From NCBI GenBank assembly GCA_964495755.1, contig CAZBXU010000003.1:1-49639 (forward strand): a stretch of 49,639 nucleotides of DNA, given 5' to 3'. This document shows, piece by piece, positions 34,994-42,609 of the stretch. The first letter of the stretch is position 1. Each line of letters opens with the position of its first letter. The translations under genes and the position numbers were made by a program. Origin of the DNA: an uncultured Spirochaetaceae bacterium (GTDB lineage: Bacteria > Spirochaetota > Spirochaetia > SZUA-6 > DRHE01). Under the pieces are notes generated by a model. That model did not search any database. It worked only from the letters and a program-made list of their open reading frames with translations, and had not been told where the DNA came from.

Positions 34994-35365
34994 TTATTCC
35001 TCCAAGATGTATTCCTGAACAGGCTTGCCCTTCAGGACGTGGCTGGCGACGATCTCCCGTGCCTTTTCCCGGTTCAGGCGGACGTACAGGTAGTCCAATC
35101 CGCTCTTGTCGCTGAAAGTGAGCATGGGCTCCTGGTCGCACAGCCCTAAGCAGCCGGACTGGTGCAGGGTGACGTTCTCTACTCCCGCACCGGCCAGCTG
35201 CTCGCTGAGCTCGGCCATGATGTCCCGGGCCCCCGCTGCGATACCGCAGGTGCCCATGTGTACGGTGATGCGGATCTCCTTGGGACCGCTGCGCACATCC
35301 ACCTCGCCCCGGGCTTGGTCCCGGAGTTTTTTCAGGTCCTCCGGATTCTTGATCTTGACGCTCAT
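34994..35365 (-). CDS. Thioredoxin-like [2Fe-2S] ferredoxin
   Basis: 123 aa with HMGTCGIAAG...SGCLGLCDQEP, typical of the small ferredoxin found in HydABC clusters. It has an ATGA overlap with hydC. Confidence 0.8.
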   Translation of the reverse strand: MSVKIKNPEDLKKLRDQARGEVDVRSGPKEIRITVHMGTCGIAAGARDIMAELSEQLAGAGVENVTLHQSGCLGLCDQEPMLTFSDKSGLDYLYVRLNREKAREIVASHVLKGKPVQEYILEE

Positions 35366-35922
35366 ACTGTAGCCTCCTTGACAACGCTTTCACGGTTACG
35401 ATACTCGTCGAGGATGGCGCGGATTCGTTGAGGTTTGACCCGCTGGTGTACCTCCTCGTCGATCATGATCGTGGGGGCAAGGCCGCAAGCCCCGAAGCAG
35501 CGGGCCACCTCGAGGCTGAATTGCCGGTCCTCTGTGGTACTTCCCACGTCGATCTTCAGCTCCTGCTTGAGGTTGTCCAGTACCCGCTTGCCCCCGCGGA
35601 CGTAGCAGGCGGTGCCCAGGCAGACTCGGATCAAGTGCTTGCCCCGAGGAACGGTGGAGAAGAAGGAATAGAAACCTACCACTCCGGCCACCTCGCTGTA
35701 CGATTTGCCCAAGCGCAGGGCTATACGCTTTAGAGCTCCTTCGGGTAGATAGCCGAAGATCCCCTGAGCGATCTGCAGCACGGGAATCAGTGCCCCGGGC
35801 TTTCCCTGATACTCCTCCAGGACTTCGTCCAGCCTGGAGAATAGCTCCTCATCGGAGACGGTCTCCCCGCAGCAGGTATCTATCTTTGCGGGATTAGCTG
35901 AAATTTCAGCTTGGTTATTCAT
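35362..35922 (-). CDS. hydC: HydC (NuoE-like [2Fe-2S] subunit)
   Basis: 186 aa with IRVCLGTACYVRG...VARCFGACGLAP, the NuoE/HoxE Cys pattern. Confidence 0.85.
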   Translation of the reverse strand: MNNQAEISANPAKIDTCCGETVSDEELFSRLDEVLEEYQGKPGALIPVLQIAQGIFGYLPEGALKRIALRLGKSYSEVAGVVGFYSFFSTVPRGKHLIRVCLGTACYVRGGKRVLDNLKQELKIDVGSTTEDRQFSLEVARCFGACGLAPTIMIDEEVHQRVKPQRIRAILDEYRNRESVVKEATV

Positions 35923-35925
35923 GCC

Positions 35926-36495
35926 TCACTCCTTAATCTCAAGGGCTTCAAGACCCTCTTTTATTTGCTGATTAACTTTTCTGGCCACGGCGAGCCGATT
36001 GATCGCGGTCGGAGTGGATCCTCTCTTTCCCTGGAGAACCAGCTCCCGTGAGACCTCTTTGCTCAGAATCATTTGTTCCCGCTCTCCTACCTTCAGGCGG
36101 CAGCGCAGCTCGATGTCCGGATTGGAGGCCACCACCGAAGAGAGGGTGGAAGCCAAATTGCCGAGGGGATTGCGATCCACGTGGGCCAGGCGAAGCGTTG
36201 CCCGCACGGCCAGTCCACCGAGAGGTGAGCGCTCGAGGGCGAGCTCGCCCCCGGCCTGCTCGATCCGGAAACGAAACAAGCTCAAACCCAGGCCTGTCTT
36301 CTTCCCTTTCTTGGTCGTGTAGAAGGGATCCATGGCCCGCGCCACAGGCACGCTCAAACCCGGACCATTGTCCTCCACGGCAATGCGCATCAGATCCCAT
36401 GCGGGTTCCACGGCGATCTCCACAGCCACCACTGTGGCTCCGGCGGCGATTGCGTTTTCGATTAGATCGAGGATGTGCAGGGAAAGCTCACGCAA
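35926..36495 (-). CDS. Stand-alone GHKL (histidine-kinase-like) ATPase domain protein
   Basis: The motifs are LHILDLIENAIAAGA (N-box-like), VEDNGPGL and KKTGLGLSL. I chose the TTG at 36495, with AGGAGG 7 nt upstream, over the tracked ATG at 36561, which overlaps the PHP gene. Confidence 0.7.
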   Translation of the reverse strand: MRELSLHILDLIENAIAAGATVVAVEIAVEPAWDLMRIAVEDNGPGLSVPVARAMDPFYTTKKGKKTGLGLSLFRFRIEQAGGELALERSPLGGLAVRATLRLAHVDRNPLGNLASTLSSVVASNPDIELRCRLKVGEREQMILSKEVSRELVLQGKRGSTPTAINRLAVARKVNQQIKEGLEALEIKE

Positions 36496-37258
36496 TCTGA
36501 CACCTCCTTGAGTCGATTCCCTGAATGGCCAGGACCAGCTCGTCAAAAGATGGCTCGGCAACCACGAAGACCGTACAGGAGGAGGCGATGTCCTCCAAGA
36601 AGTGACTGTCCGAGGAGCTGATCAGGGGAAGACCGTGCTGCCGGAACTCCTCCATCCGATTCCGGGCTACTCCGGCCGAAGAGATCTCCGCGGCGGAGAA
36701 CCGGGGCGTTTCAGGGAAGAACCCTAGCTGTCCCAGCACGCTGAAGGCCTGGCGGTCCACATGAGCAGCCACGGCAATTCCACCGTGCTCCCGGATTAAG
36801 CCCACCGCTTCGCTGAGGGAGTACCCGCTTGCCGCAGTGAGAAGCCGGTGCTCCGTACCGGTTTGCCTGTCCTCAGCGTCAAGGATCCACTGCCGGTAGC
36901 CGGGATCCTTCCCGACCGGACTCAAGCGCTGCTCTGCCGATTTTCGCTGCGGCAGACTATCCAGTACGCAATCACTGACAGCGAGAGCATTATTAAGTGC
37001 CGGGAACAGACCCAGGACGTGGACCTCTTCCCGGGTTGTCATTTCGATCCCCGGAATAACCTTAAGACCGCTGCCGGTTTCTCTCTCCGCCGCTTCAGCC
37101 ACGGCAGATACATTGGCCGCACTGTTGTGGTCACAGATGGCGATCATTTTCAAATCTCTTTCCCAGGCGGTGCTCACGATTTTTCGTGGCAGCATCTGCC
37201 TCGAGGCACAGGGAGACAACGCCGTATGGATATGAAGGTCCGCCAGGAGTGCAGTCAT
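36488..37258 (-). CDS. PHP (polymerase/histidinol phosphatase) domain phosphoesterase
   Basis: The N-terminus is ADLHIHTALSPCA, followed by AICDHNS and AAHVDR metal-ligand motifs. It has an ATGA overlap with the upstream gene. Confidence 0.8.
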   Translation of the reverse strand: MTALLADLHIHTALSPCASRQMLPRKIVSTAWERDLKMIAICDHNSAANVSAVAEAAERETGSGLKVIPGIEMTTREEVHVLGLFPALNNALAVSDCVLDSLPQRKSAEQRLSPVGKDPGYRQWILDAEDRQTGTEHRLLTAASGYSLSEAVGLIREHGGIAVAAHVDRQAFSVLGQLGFFPETPRFSAAEISSAGVARNRMEEFRQHGLPLISSSDSHFLEDIASSCTVFVVAEPSFDELVLAIQGIDSRRCQIA

Positions 37259-37608
37259 TCATACCGCCCCCTGATCCCCAAGGCGTAAAGCTTGCCCGCC
37301 GTGTCGAAGGTGCTCTCTTTTGTGGTGAAGAGAGGTATTTTTTCCTCAACCGCTTTGTCTCGTACAGCCTCTTCGGGAACCATACCGGAGGTAAAAATCA
37401 CCGCCGCCTGCATGGCATGCACGGCCACGGCGATAACGTTGAGGTGAACCTGGATCGTCAGCAGCACCCCCCCAGCCGGGGCGTTGGCCAGAACATCGCT
37501 TAGAAGATCCGAGGCGTGAGCCCGGGTAATCTCGGCATGTCCCTGTTCTGCCAGATCAGCGGTAGTAGTTTGCAAACCGAGCCTGGCGGCGACTTGTTCT
37601 AAATTCAT
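37255..37608 (-). CDS. DRTGG domain protein
   Basis: 117 aa from the ATG at 37608 (an ATGA overlap). The pattern (ASDLLSDVL...LLTIQVHLNVIAVA...AVIFTSG) matches small DRTGG proteins. Confidence 0.65.
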   Translation of the reverse strand: MNLEQVAARLGLQTTTADLAEQGHAEITRAHASDLLSDVLANAPAGGVLLTIQVHLNVIAVAVHAMQAAVIFTSGMVPEEAVRDKAVEEKIPLFTTKESTFDTAGKLYALGIRGRYE

Positions 37609-39194
37609 GATTCTCCTCTCCCTCGTAAGATGACGCATTCCAAACCGGGATTGCGGTCCATCACGATATCCTCAGCCAGGGACGAGCAGGTCGGGGCTCC
37701 GCAGGCACCGCAGTCCCGCCCTGGCAGGCCGGCGGTCAGTTCGTCTATGCGTGCCAGCTTTTCGATCGCTTTGCCCATGTCCTGGTCAAGTCGCATCCCC
37801 GTGCGGGCTAGATAGGGGCTTTTTGTCGGCGCGGCGCTCACCTGCCTCCGACGCCCAAGGAGTGATGCTGCCCAGCGGTTCTTGGCCATGAAGGGATTCT
37901 CCTTGAACAGAGGTGTGCCGTAGCAGCCGTATACGCAGCAGCTGAGCTCGAGAATCCGGAAATCCCCCGAGAGTCCTTTCTCCGTTTTCTCCAGGATGTC
38001 TATTACGTTTTCCATCCCCCACGCCTCGAGGACAGACGGGTCGTGATTGCCGGTTCGAGGTGGACGGGGAATCGGTTTCTGCTCACTCCTGTCGGTTTCG
38101 GTCTGAGCAGTTATGAGGGGCAGAATCTGAGCTGAGAGCCCTGCAGGGCTGGTGATCTGCAGGCGACCGGACAGGTCGGCCCGAGTGAGAAGGGCGTACT
38201 GACTGGGGCAGGCGGCGACAAAGGTCACCGGCTGCAGGCCGTAGGCTTCGACAGCCGATTCGATCGGCGTCATGAAGGGGGCGATCTGTCCGATCAGGGA
38301 GGGAAACTGACTCTCGATAAGGTTTATGACGGCTGGGCAGATGGGAGAGATTACCGGGTAGCTATCCTGCTCGGCGGCGTACCGTCGTACCGTCCGGCGC
38401 AGCTCTTCTTCCCACTCTTCGCTGAAACGGATGTCTTTGAACCCCAGGCTTCGCAGTACCGCCATTACCAGTCGGGGCGGTATCTTCAATCCAAATTGGG
38501 TGAGAAAAGCCCGGGGGATGACGAGGGTGTCTTGGCCCGCTTCAGCGACTGATTGCTGCGGCATTTTTTTTTGGTCCGGTTCCCGAATCCCGAAAACCCC
38601 CCGCCTGCAGGCTGCAATACAGGTGGTGCATCCTATACACAGGGCAGCCAAGATGCGCGGTTTCTGATTCCACACCCTGACAGCTCGAGTCGGGCAGGCT
38701 TTCAGGCAGTCGAAACAGCCGTTGCAGAGTTCCGAGCTAATGGACAGACAGTGATCGGTGGGCTCTCCCACCGTCTGCGTTTTGAGATAGATCGTCGAGC
38801 GCACCCGGGTTCCCTTCTCTGCCCGGGAGTCGACCTCGAACACGTCACTTGCTTTCTTGATGTTGGGAAGGCCCATACCCGCGCCGAAACCGAGCTGTCT
38901 CGCCTCCGCGGAGGCCGTGGAGTATCCTGGTTTCAAGGCCAGTGCGAGATCCGCAATGCCCGGACCTTCGTCGATCACTTCCATGTTGAACCGCTTGTTG
39001 TCAAACCTGACCCAGAGATTTCCTTTACAGGCGTGGATGACCACGTTCATCTCCGCTTCATAGGCGGCAATCATGATCCGCCGCATGATCTGCCCCTCGA
39101 CTCCTATACGCTTCAGTTGTTCCTTCAGCATACGGGAGGCGGAGCCGGCGGCTGTGAAATTGCCACCCGCGATCGGGAAGGAGCTGGTGATCAT
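37605..39194 (-). CDS. Anti-sigma-type kinase (GHKL) domain + 2x[4Fe-4S] + H-cluster-like domain + Cx2Cx4Cx16C Fe-S domain protein
   Basis: From the ATG at 39194 (an ATGA overlap). The N-terminus is SpoIIAB/RsbW-like (IAAYEAEMNVVIH, VIDEGPGI, GFGAGMGLPN). Two 4Fe-4S motifs follow (CNGCFDCLKACP, CIGCTTCIAAC). The hydrogenase-like motifs are ISPICPAVIN, VAACPSQ and LSCCVYGCYG. The C-terminus has CGACGAPTC-x16-C. Confidence 0.75.
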   Translation of the reverse strand: MITSSFPIAGGNFTAAGSASRMLKEQLKRIGVEGQIMRRIMIAAYEAEMNVVIHACKGNLWVRFDNKRFNMEVIDEGPGIADLALALKPGYSTASAEARQLGFGAGMGLPNIKKASDVFEVDSRAEKGTRVRSTIYLKTQTVGEPTDHCLSISSELCNGCFDCLKACPTRAVRVWNQKPRILAALCIGCTTCIAACRRGVFGIREPDQKKMPQQSVAEAGQDTLVIPRAFLTQFGLKIPPRLVMAVLRSLGFKDIRFSEEWEEELRRTVRRYAAEQDSYPVISPICPAVINLIESQFPSLIGQIAPFMTPIESAVEAYGLQPVTFVAACPSQYALLTRADLSGRLQITSPAGLSAQILPLITAQTETDRSEQKPIPRPPRTGNHDPSVLEAWGMENVIDILEKTEKGLSGDFRILELSCCVYGCYGTPLFKENPFMAKNRWAASLLGRRRQVSAAPTKSPYLARTGMRLDQDMGKAIEKLARIDELTAGLPGRDCGACGAPTCSSLAEDIVMDRNPGLECVILRGRGES

Positions 39195-39544
39195 GGCCGG
39201 TGGGGGCCTTCTCCGTAGAGCCGTCGGTGCAGGCGGCCGCAGGTCTCGAACATATCGAACGGGCAGACCAGCACTGCGGTTGAACCCCTGGCCGCCGCCT
39301 CCAGCAGGCTCGGATCGGGATCGACACCGTCCACCAGGCAGAGGGCCGGGCAATCCATCAGCTCAGCTACGCAGGCGAGCTGGGTGTTGGCCAGGCTGGT
39401 CACGAGCAGTGTTTCAGGGCCTGCCTTTTCCAGCAGTGTGCTCATCTTGTCGCCGGCAAACACGTGAGCGATCTCGCCCATCTCCTTCCTGCCCGGCTGC
39501 AGCATTCGGGCATCGATTACCTTGACCAGTTCCTCGAGTTTCAT
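39191..39544 (-). CDS. DRTGG domain protein
   Basis: 117 aa from the ATG at 39544 (MKLEELVKVID...), preceded by GAAGGGAG. The tracked 20-codon N-terminal extension would cover the sigma54 promoter. Confidence 0.65.
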   Translation of the reverse strand: MKLEELVKVIDARMLQPGRKEMGEIAHVFAGDKMSTLLEKAGPETLLVTSLANTQLACVAELMDCPALCLVDGVDPDPSLLEAAARGSTAVLVCPFDMFETCGRLHRRLYGEGPHRP

Positions 39545-39571
39545 CGGATCAGCGCTCCCTTCTATCCGGAT

Positions 39572-39587
39572 AGCAAGTATTGTGCCA
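39572..39587 (-). promoter_or_regulatory. Sigma54 (-24/-12) promoter
   Basis: The minus strand reads TGGCAC (39587-39582), AATAC, TTGC (39576-39573), then T. In context this is TTGGCACAATACTTGCT, against the consensus YTGGCACGRNNNTTGCW. It lies 28 nt upstream of the ATG at 39544, directly downstream of an NtrC-type activator gene. Confidence 0.75.
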
Positions 39588-39859
39588 AAAGCAGGCGAGG
39601 TCATGGCCCTGGCTTGGAAAGACTCAAGTGAGCTGAAAGTACAACCAGGGTTTTCCTGCAGCGAAGGAGTTGATCGTTAGTTCTTCATGAATAAATAAGA
39701 TACGAGCCGCTGTTTCCTTGAGGCGGCGGAGGAAAGCCGGAGTTAAGCGATTAGCAGGCTGGGGAGGCACGGCTCCGCTATCTGTGGTCTATCGGTGAAC
39801 CGATTTTGTATGGGTACGGGCCTCCCATGGGAGATCTGTGCACAGAGCCGGCGGCCGGT

Positions 39860-41260
39860 CTAGCGGTACTCCTGCCGCTTCAACCCGTATTTTTTGATAC
39901 GCTCGTATAGGGCTCGACGGGAGATGCCCAAAGCCAGGTAGGTGGAATTGATCTCCCCTTTGTGCTCTCTCAGGGCAGCCTCAATCACGGCCTTTTCTGT
40001 TTGCTCCATTTCTTCCCGTAGTCGTCCGGAGGCGGCGGGCAGGGAGAGCAGGTGGCCCGCGTCAAAATTGAGATCCGGGACAAATTCACCGGCCACGCCC
40101 TGATGCGATGTTATCAGCATACGCTCTACTGCGTTTTTCAGCTCCCGAACGTTGCCGGGCCAGGGATGGTGCAACAGGTTCCCCAGAGTTTTCTCCGGTA
40201 TTTGCTGAGTCGGGATGCCGATTTTGTTTGCTCCCAACCGGATGAAGTGAGAAATGAGCAACGGTATGTCCTCTTGGCGATCCCGCAAGGGGGGCACCAC
40301 GATGGAAAGCACCATAATACGGTGAAAGAAATCCTCCCGAATGGTGCCCCGCTGCACCTCTTCCTGGAGATTCACATTGGAAGCGGAGATGAGCCGGATG
40401 TCCACTTTTCTTGGTTTATCGCTTCCCAGGGGCTCTACGATCCCATCGTCCAGAACACGGAGCAGCTGTACCTGGGCGCGTTCCGAGATCGTTTCGATTT
40501 CGTCGAGCAGCAGGGTTCCTCCCGAAGCAGTGACCAGCTTTCCCGCCCTCTCGGCCATGGCCCCTGTGAAGGAACCCCGGGCATGACCAAACAGCTCGCT
40601 TTCCAGCATGCTCTCCGGCAGAGCTCCGGCGTTTACAGGGATGATGGGACCTTGGCAGCGGGCGCTCTGGGCATGAATCGCCCGGGCAACCAATTCTTTA
40701 CCAACCCCGGTTTCCCCCATGATCAGAACCGGGGCGTCGCTCCTGGCGGCCACTTCGATGAGCTCGTACACATCCTGCATCTCCCGGCTGCGACCCACCA
40801 TGCCGAAACGGCCATCCTCCTCTGGGGTAAGAAGGTTGAGCCGCCGCCGCAGCTCCCGGCTCTCCAGGCGAAGCTCCATCTGTTCGACGGCTTTACCTAC
40901 GTAGGCCAGAAGCACATCATCGTCGAAAGGTTTTTCCAGAAAGTCGAATGCCCCCGCTTTCAGACAGCGCACCGCCATGGGAATGTCACCGTGACCGGTG
41001 ATCATCAGAACCGGTGTCGGGAGCCGACGACGGGTCACTTCAGCCAGGAACTGCTCTCCATCCATTCCGGGCATCTTTATGTCGGTGATGATGCACCTCG
41101 CGCCCTCCAGGCCTGGCCAGCTCAGGGCTGTTTCGGCTGAGCTGAACAGCTCTACCTTGAATCTGCGCAGCCGCAGCATCTGGGCGATGGAAAGCCGGGC
41201 AGCTTCGTCATCATCGATCACAACAATACCGGCAGCCTCTCGCGGGTTCCCATCAGACAT
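39860..41260 (-). CDS. Sigma54-dependent response regulator (NtrC family)
   Basis: The REC domain has IITDIKMPGMDG. The AAA+ domain has GETGVGKE and the GAFTGA-type loop GSFTGA. The C-terminus is a Fis-type helix-turn-helix (LALGISRRALYERIKKYGL). I chose the start at Met27 (41260). Confidence 0.9.
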   Translation of the reverse strand: MSDGNPREAAGIVVIDDDEAARLSIAQMLRLRRFKVELFSSAETALSWPGLEGARCIITDIKMPGMDGEQFLAEVTRRRLPTPVLMITGHGDIPMAVRCLKAGAFDFLEKPFDDDVLLAYVGKAVEQMELRLESRELRRRLNLLTPEEDGRFGMVGRSREMQDVYELIEVAARSDAPVLIMGETGVGKELVARAIHAQSARCQGPIIPVNAGALPESMLESELFGHARGSFTGAMAERAGKLVTASGGTLLLDEIETISERAQVQLLRVLDDGIVEPLGSDKPRKVDIRLISASNVNLQEEVQRGTIREDFFHRIMVLSIVVPPLRDRQEDIPLLISHFIRLGANKIGIPTQQIPEKTLGNLLHHPWPGNVRELKNAVERMLITSHQGVAGEFVPDLNFDAGHLLSLPAASGRLREEMEQTEKAVIEAALREHKGEINSTYLALGISRRALYERIKKYGLKRQEYR

Positions 41261-41264
41261 GGTT

Positions 41265-42368
41265 TTATTGATCTTCCTCCTCTTCCTGTTCCGACTCGAT
41301 AACCGGCAGGGCAATGGTGAAGGTGGCTCCTTTTTCAATCTCTCCTCGAGCCTCGATGCTTCCCCCGTGATCTTTTATAATCGCGTTGGAAATGGAAAGA
41401 CCCAAACCCGTGCCGTGACCGCTCTTCTTCGTGGTGAAGAACGGCACGAACAGCTTTCGGGCTTCCTCCTCAGAGAAGCCCTTGCCCGTGTCGCTGAACT
41501 CCACCGCCACGAACCGTTCATCTCCGGGCTCTCTGAAGGAATGAATGCTGAGCCGCCGAATCGGCGACTCCTCCATGGCCTGGCGGGCGTTGGCGAGCAC
41601 ATTGAGAAAGACTTGGGCCAGCCGCCTACGGTCCCCCCGTACATCGGGAAGATTCTCCACCAATTGGAGCTTAACATCCACGCCGGAAAGCTTCATCTGA
41701 GGTGTAAGGAACTCTACGGTTTCTCGAATCACGCTGTTGATGTTCAGGCTGGCGAAGTGGCGCTCTTCCTTTCGAGTCAGCTCACGCATCTCATTGATGA
41801 TCTTGGCGGCTCTGTCCACCTGCTCGGAGATCAGTCGCAGATTTCCCTTCACCTCCTCCTCGCTGCCCACCGCCTTTTCGAGCATGTAGAAGGCGTTGCG
41901 AGCGTAGTTGCGTATCCCGGTGAGGGGCTGGTTCAGCTCATGGGAGATTGCTGCCGCCATCTCCCCGAGCTCCGCCAAGCGGGTGGAATGCTCCAGCTGC
42001 TCTTCCTGCTTCTTTGTGAGCTCGGCGAGCTCCTTGCGCCGGGCTTCCGCCTCCCCCTGGGCCTTCCTGCCGGCCTGCTCTCGGTCTTTGAGAGAGCCGA
42101 TGAAAAAGGATACCAGGCCGAAGAAAGCGATTCTAGCCACGTCGTTCCAGATGCCACCCACGCTGATACCGAGAAGGTGGAAGGAAAAAACCAGGATCGC
42201 CAGTAATAGGGTGACCAGCATTCCACGGCGCCCCCACCACATGCAGGCCAGGGCGATGGGTATATACATGAAGTGGGTGTAGATGATGTCTGTATGCAGC
42301 AGCAGACGGAAATACAGAGCCGCCCCGACAGAGGTTAAGATGAGGAGAGCCAGGATTGTTACCTTCAA
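41265..42368 (-). CDS. Membrane sensor histidine kinase
   Basis: The N-terminus is about 4 TM helices with no sizeable periplasmic loop. A coiled coil follows, then the H-box AAISHELNQPLTG and HATPase_c (SDTGKGF, GTGLGLSIS). It uses a TTG start at 42368. Confidence 0.85.
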   Translation of the reverse strand: MKVTILALLILTSVGAALYFRLLLHTDIIYTHFMYIPIALACMWWGRRGMLVTLLLAILVFSFHLLGISVGGIWNDVARIAFFGLVSFFIGSLKDREQAGRKAQGEAEARRKELAELTKKQEEQLEHSTRLAELGEMAAAISHELNQPLTGIRNYARNAFYMLEKAVGSEEEVKGNLRLISEQVDRAAKIINEMRELTRKEERHFASLNINSVIRETVEFLTPQMKLSGVDVKLQLVENLPDVRGDRRRLAQVFLNVLANARQAMEESPIRRLSIHSFREPGDERFVAVEFSDTGKGFSEEEARKLFVPFFTTKKSGHGTGLGLSISNAIIKDHGGSIEARGEIEKGATFTIALPVIESEQEEEEDQ

Positions 42369-42516
42369 TGTCCTGTTTATGATTCAATTATAGACTGAAC
42401 TGAACCACGGTCAATCGTCGGTAGAGGAGTTTTTGCCAAATAGCGGTCGCAATACGGTATCTTCCTTCGCGATTGCTTCTACATCAGAGGTTTGCTAAAA
42501 AAAGTCCGGAAACGCC

Positions 42517-42545
42517 TTGACATAATGTCACTCATCATGTAGTAT
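42517..42545 (+). promoter_or_regulatory. Candidate sigma70 promoter of the sugar ABC / GntR cluster
   Basis: TTGACA (42517-42522), a 17-nt spacer, then TAGTAT (42540-42545). Confidence 0.6.
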
Positions 42546-42609
42546 GTCCAACAAATGACATACAACATAATTGATTTCGGTTGTATGTCAATCGTATGCA
42601 GTAGTTTGA

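Noticed and set aside
39545-39604. N-terminal extensions in the ORF track: 20 codons on the first DRTGG gene, 53 codons on the 37605-39353 ORF, 97 codons on cbiQ, 73 codons on cbiO, 26 codons on the NtrC-type gene and 22 codons on the GHKL ATPase.
   Set aside because: The extensions are Arg/Pro/Gly-rich. They overlap the preceding gene or the sigma54 promoter, and they precede internal starts that have ribosome-binding sites or ATGA/GTGA/TTGA coupling overlaps. The shorter starts were used.
40052-42206. 362-aa and 402-aa plus-strand ORFs antisense to the NtrC-type regulator and histidine kinase genes.
   Set aside because: They are shadow frames of high-GC genes. The minus-strand products carry complete REC/AAA+/HTH and HisKA/HATPase motifs.
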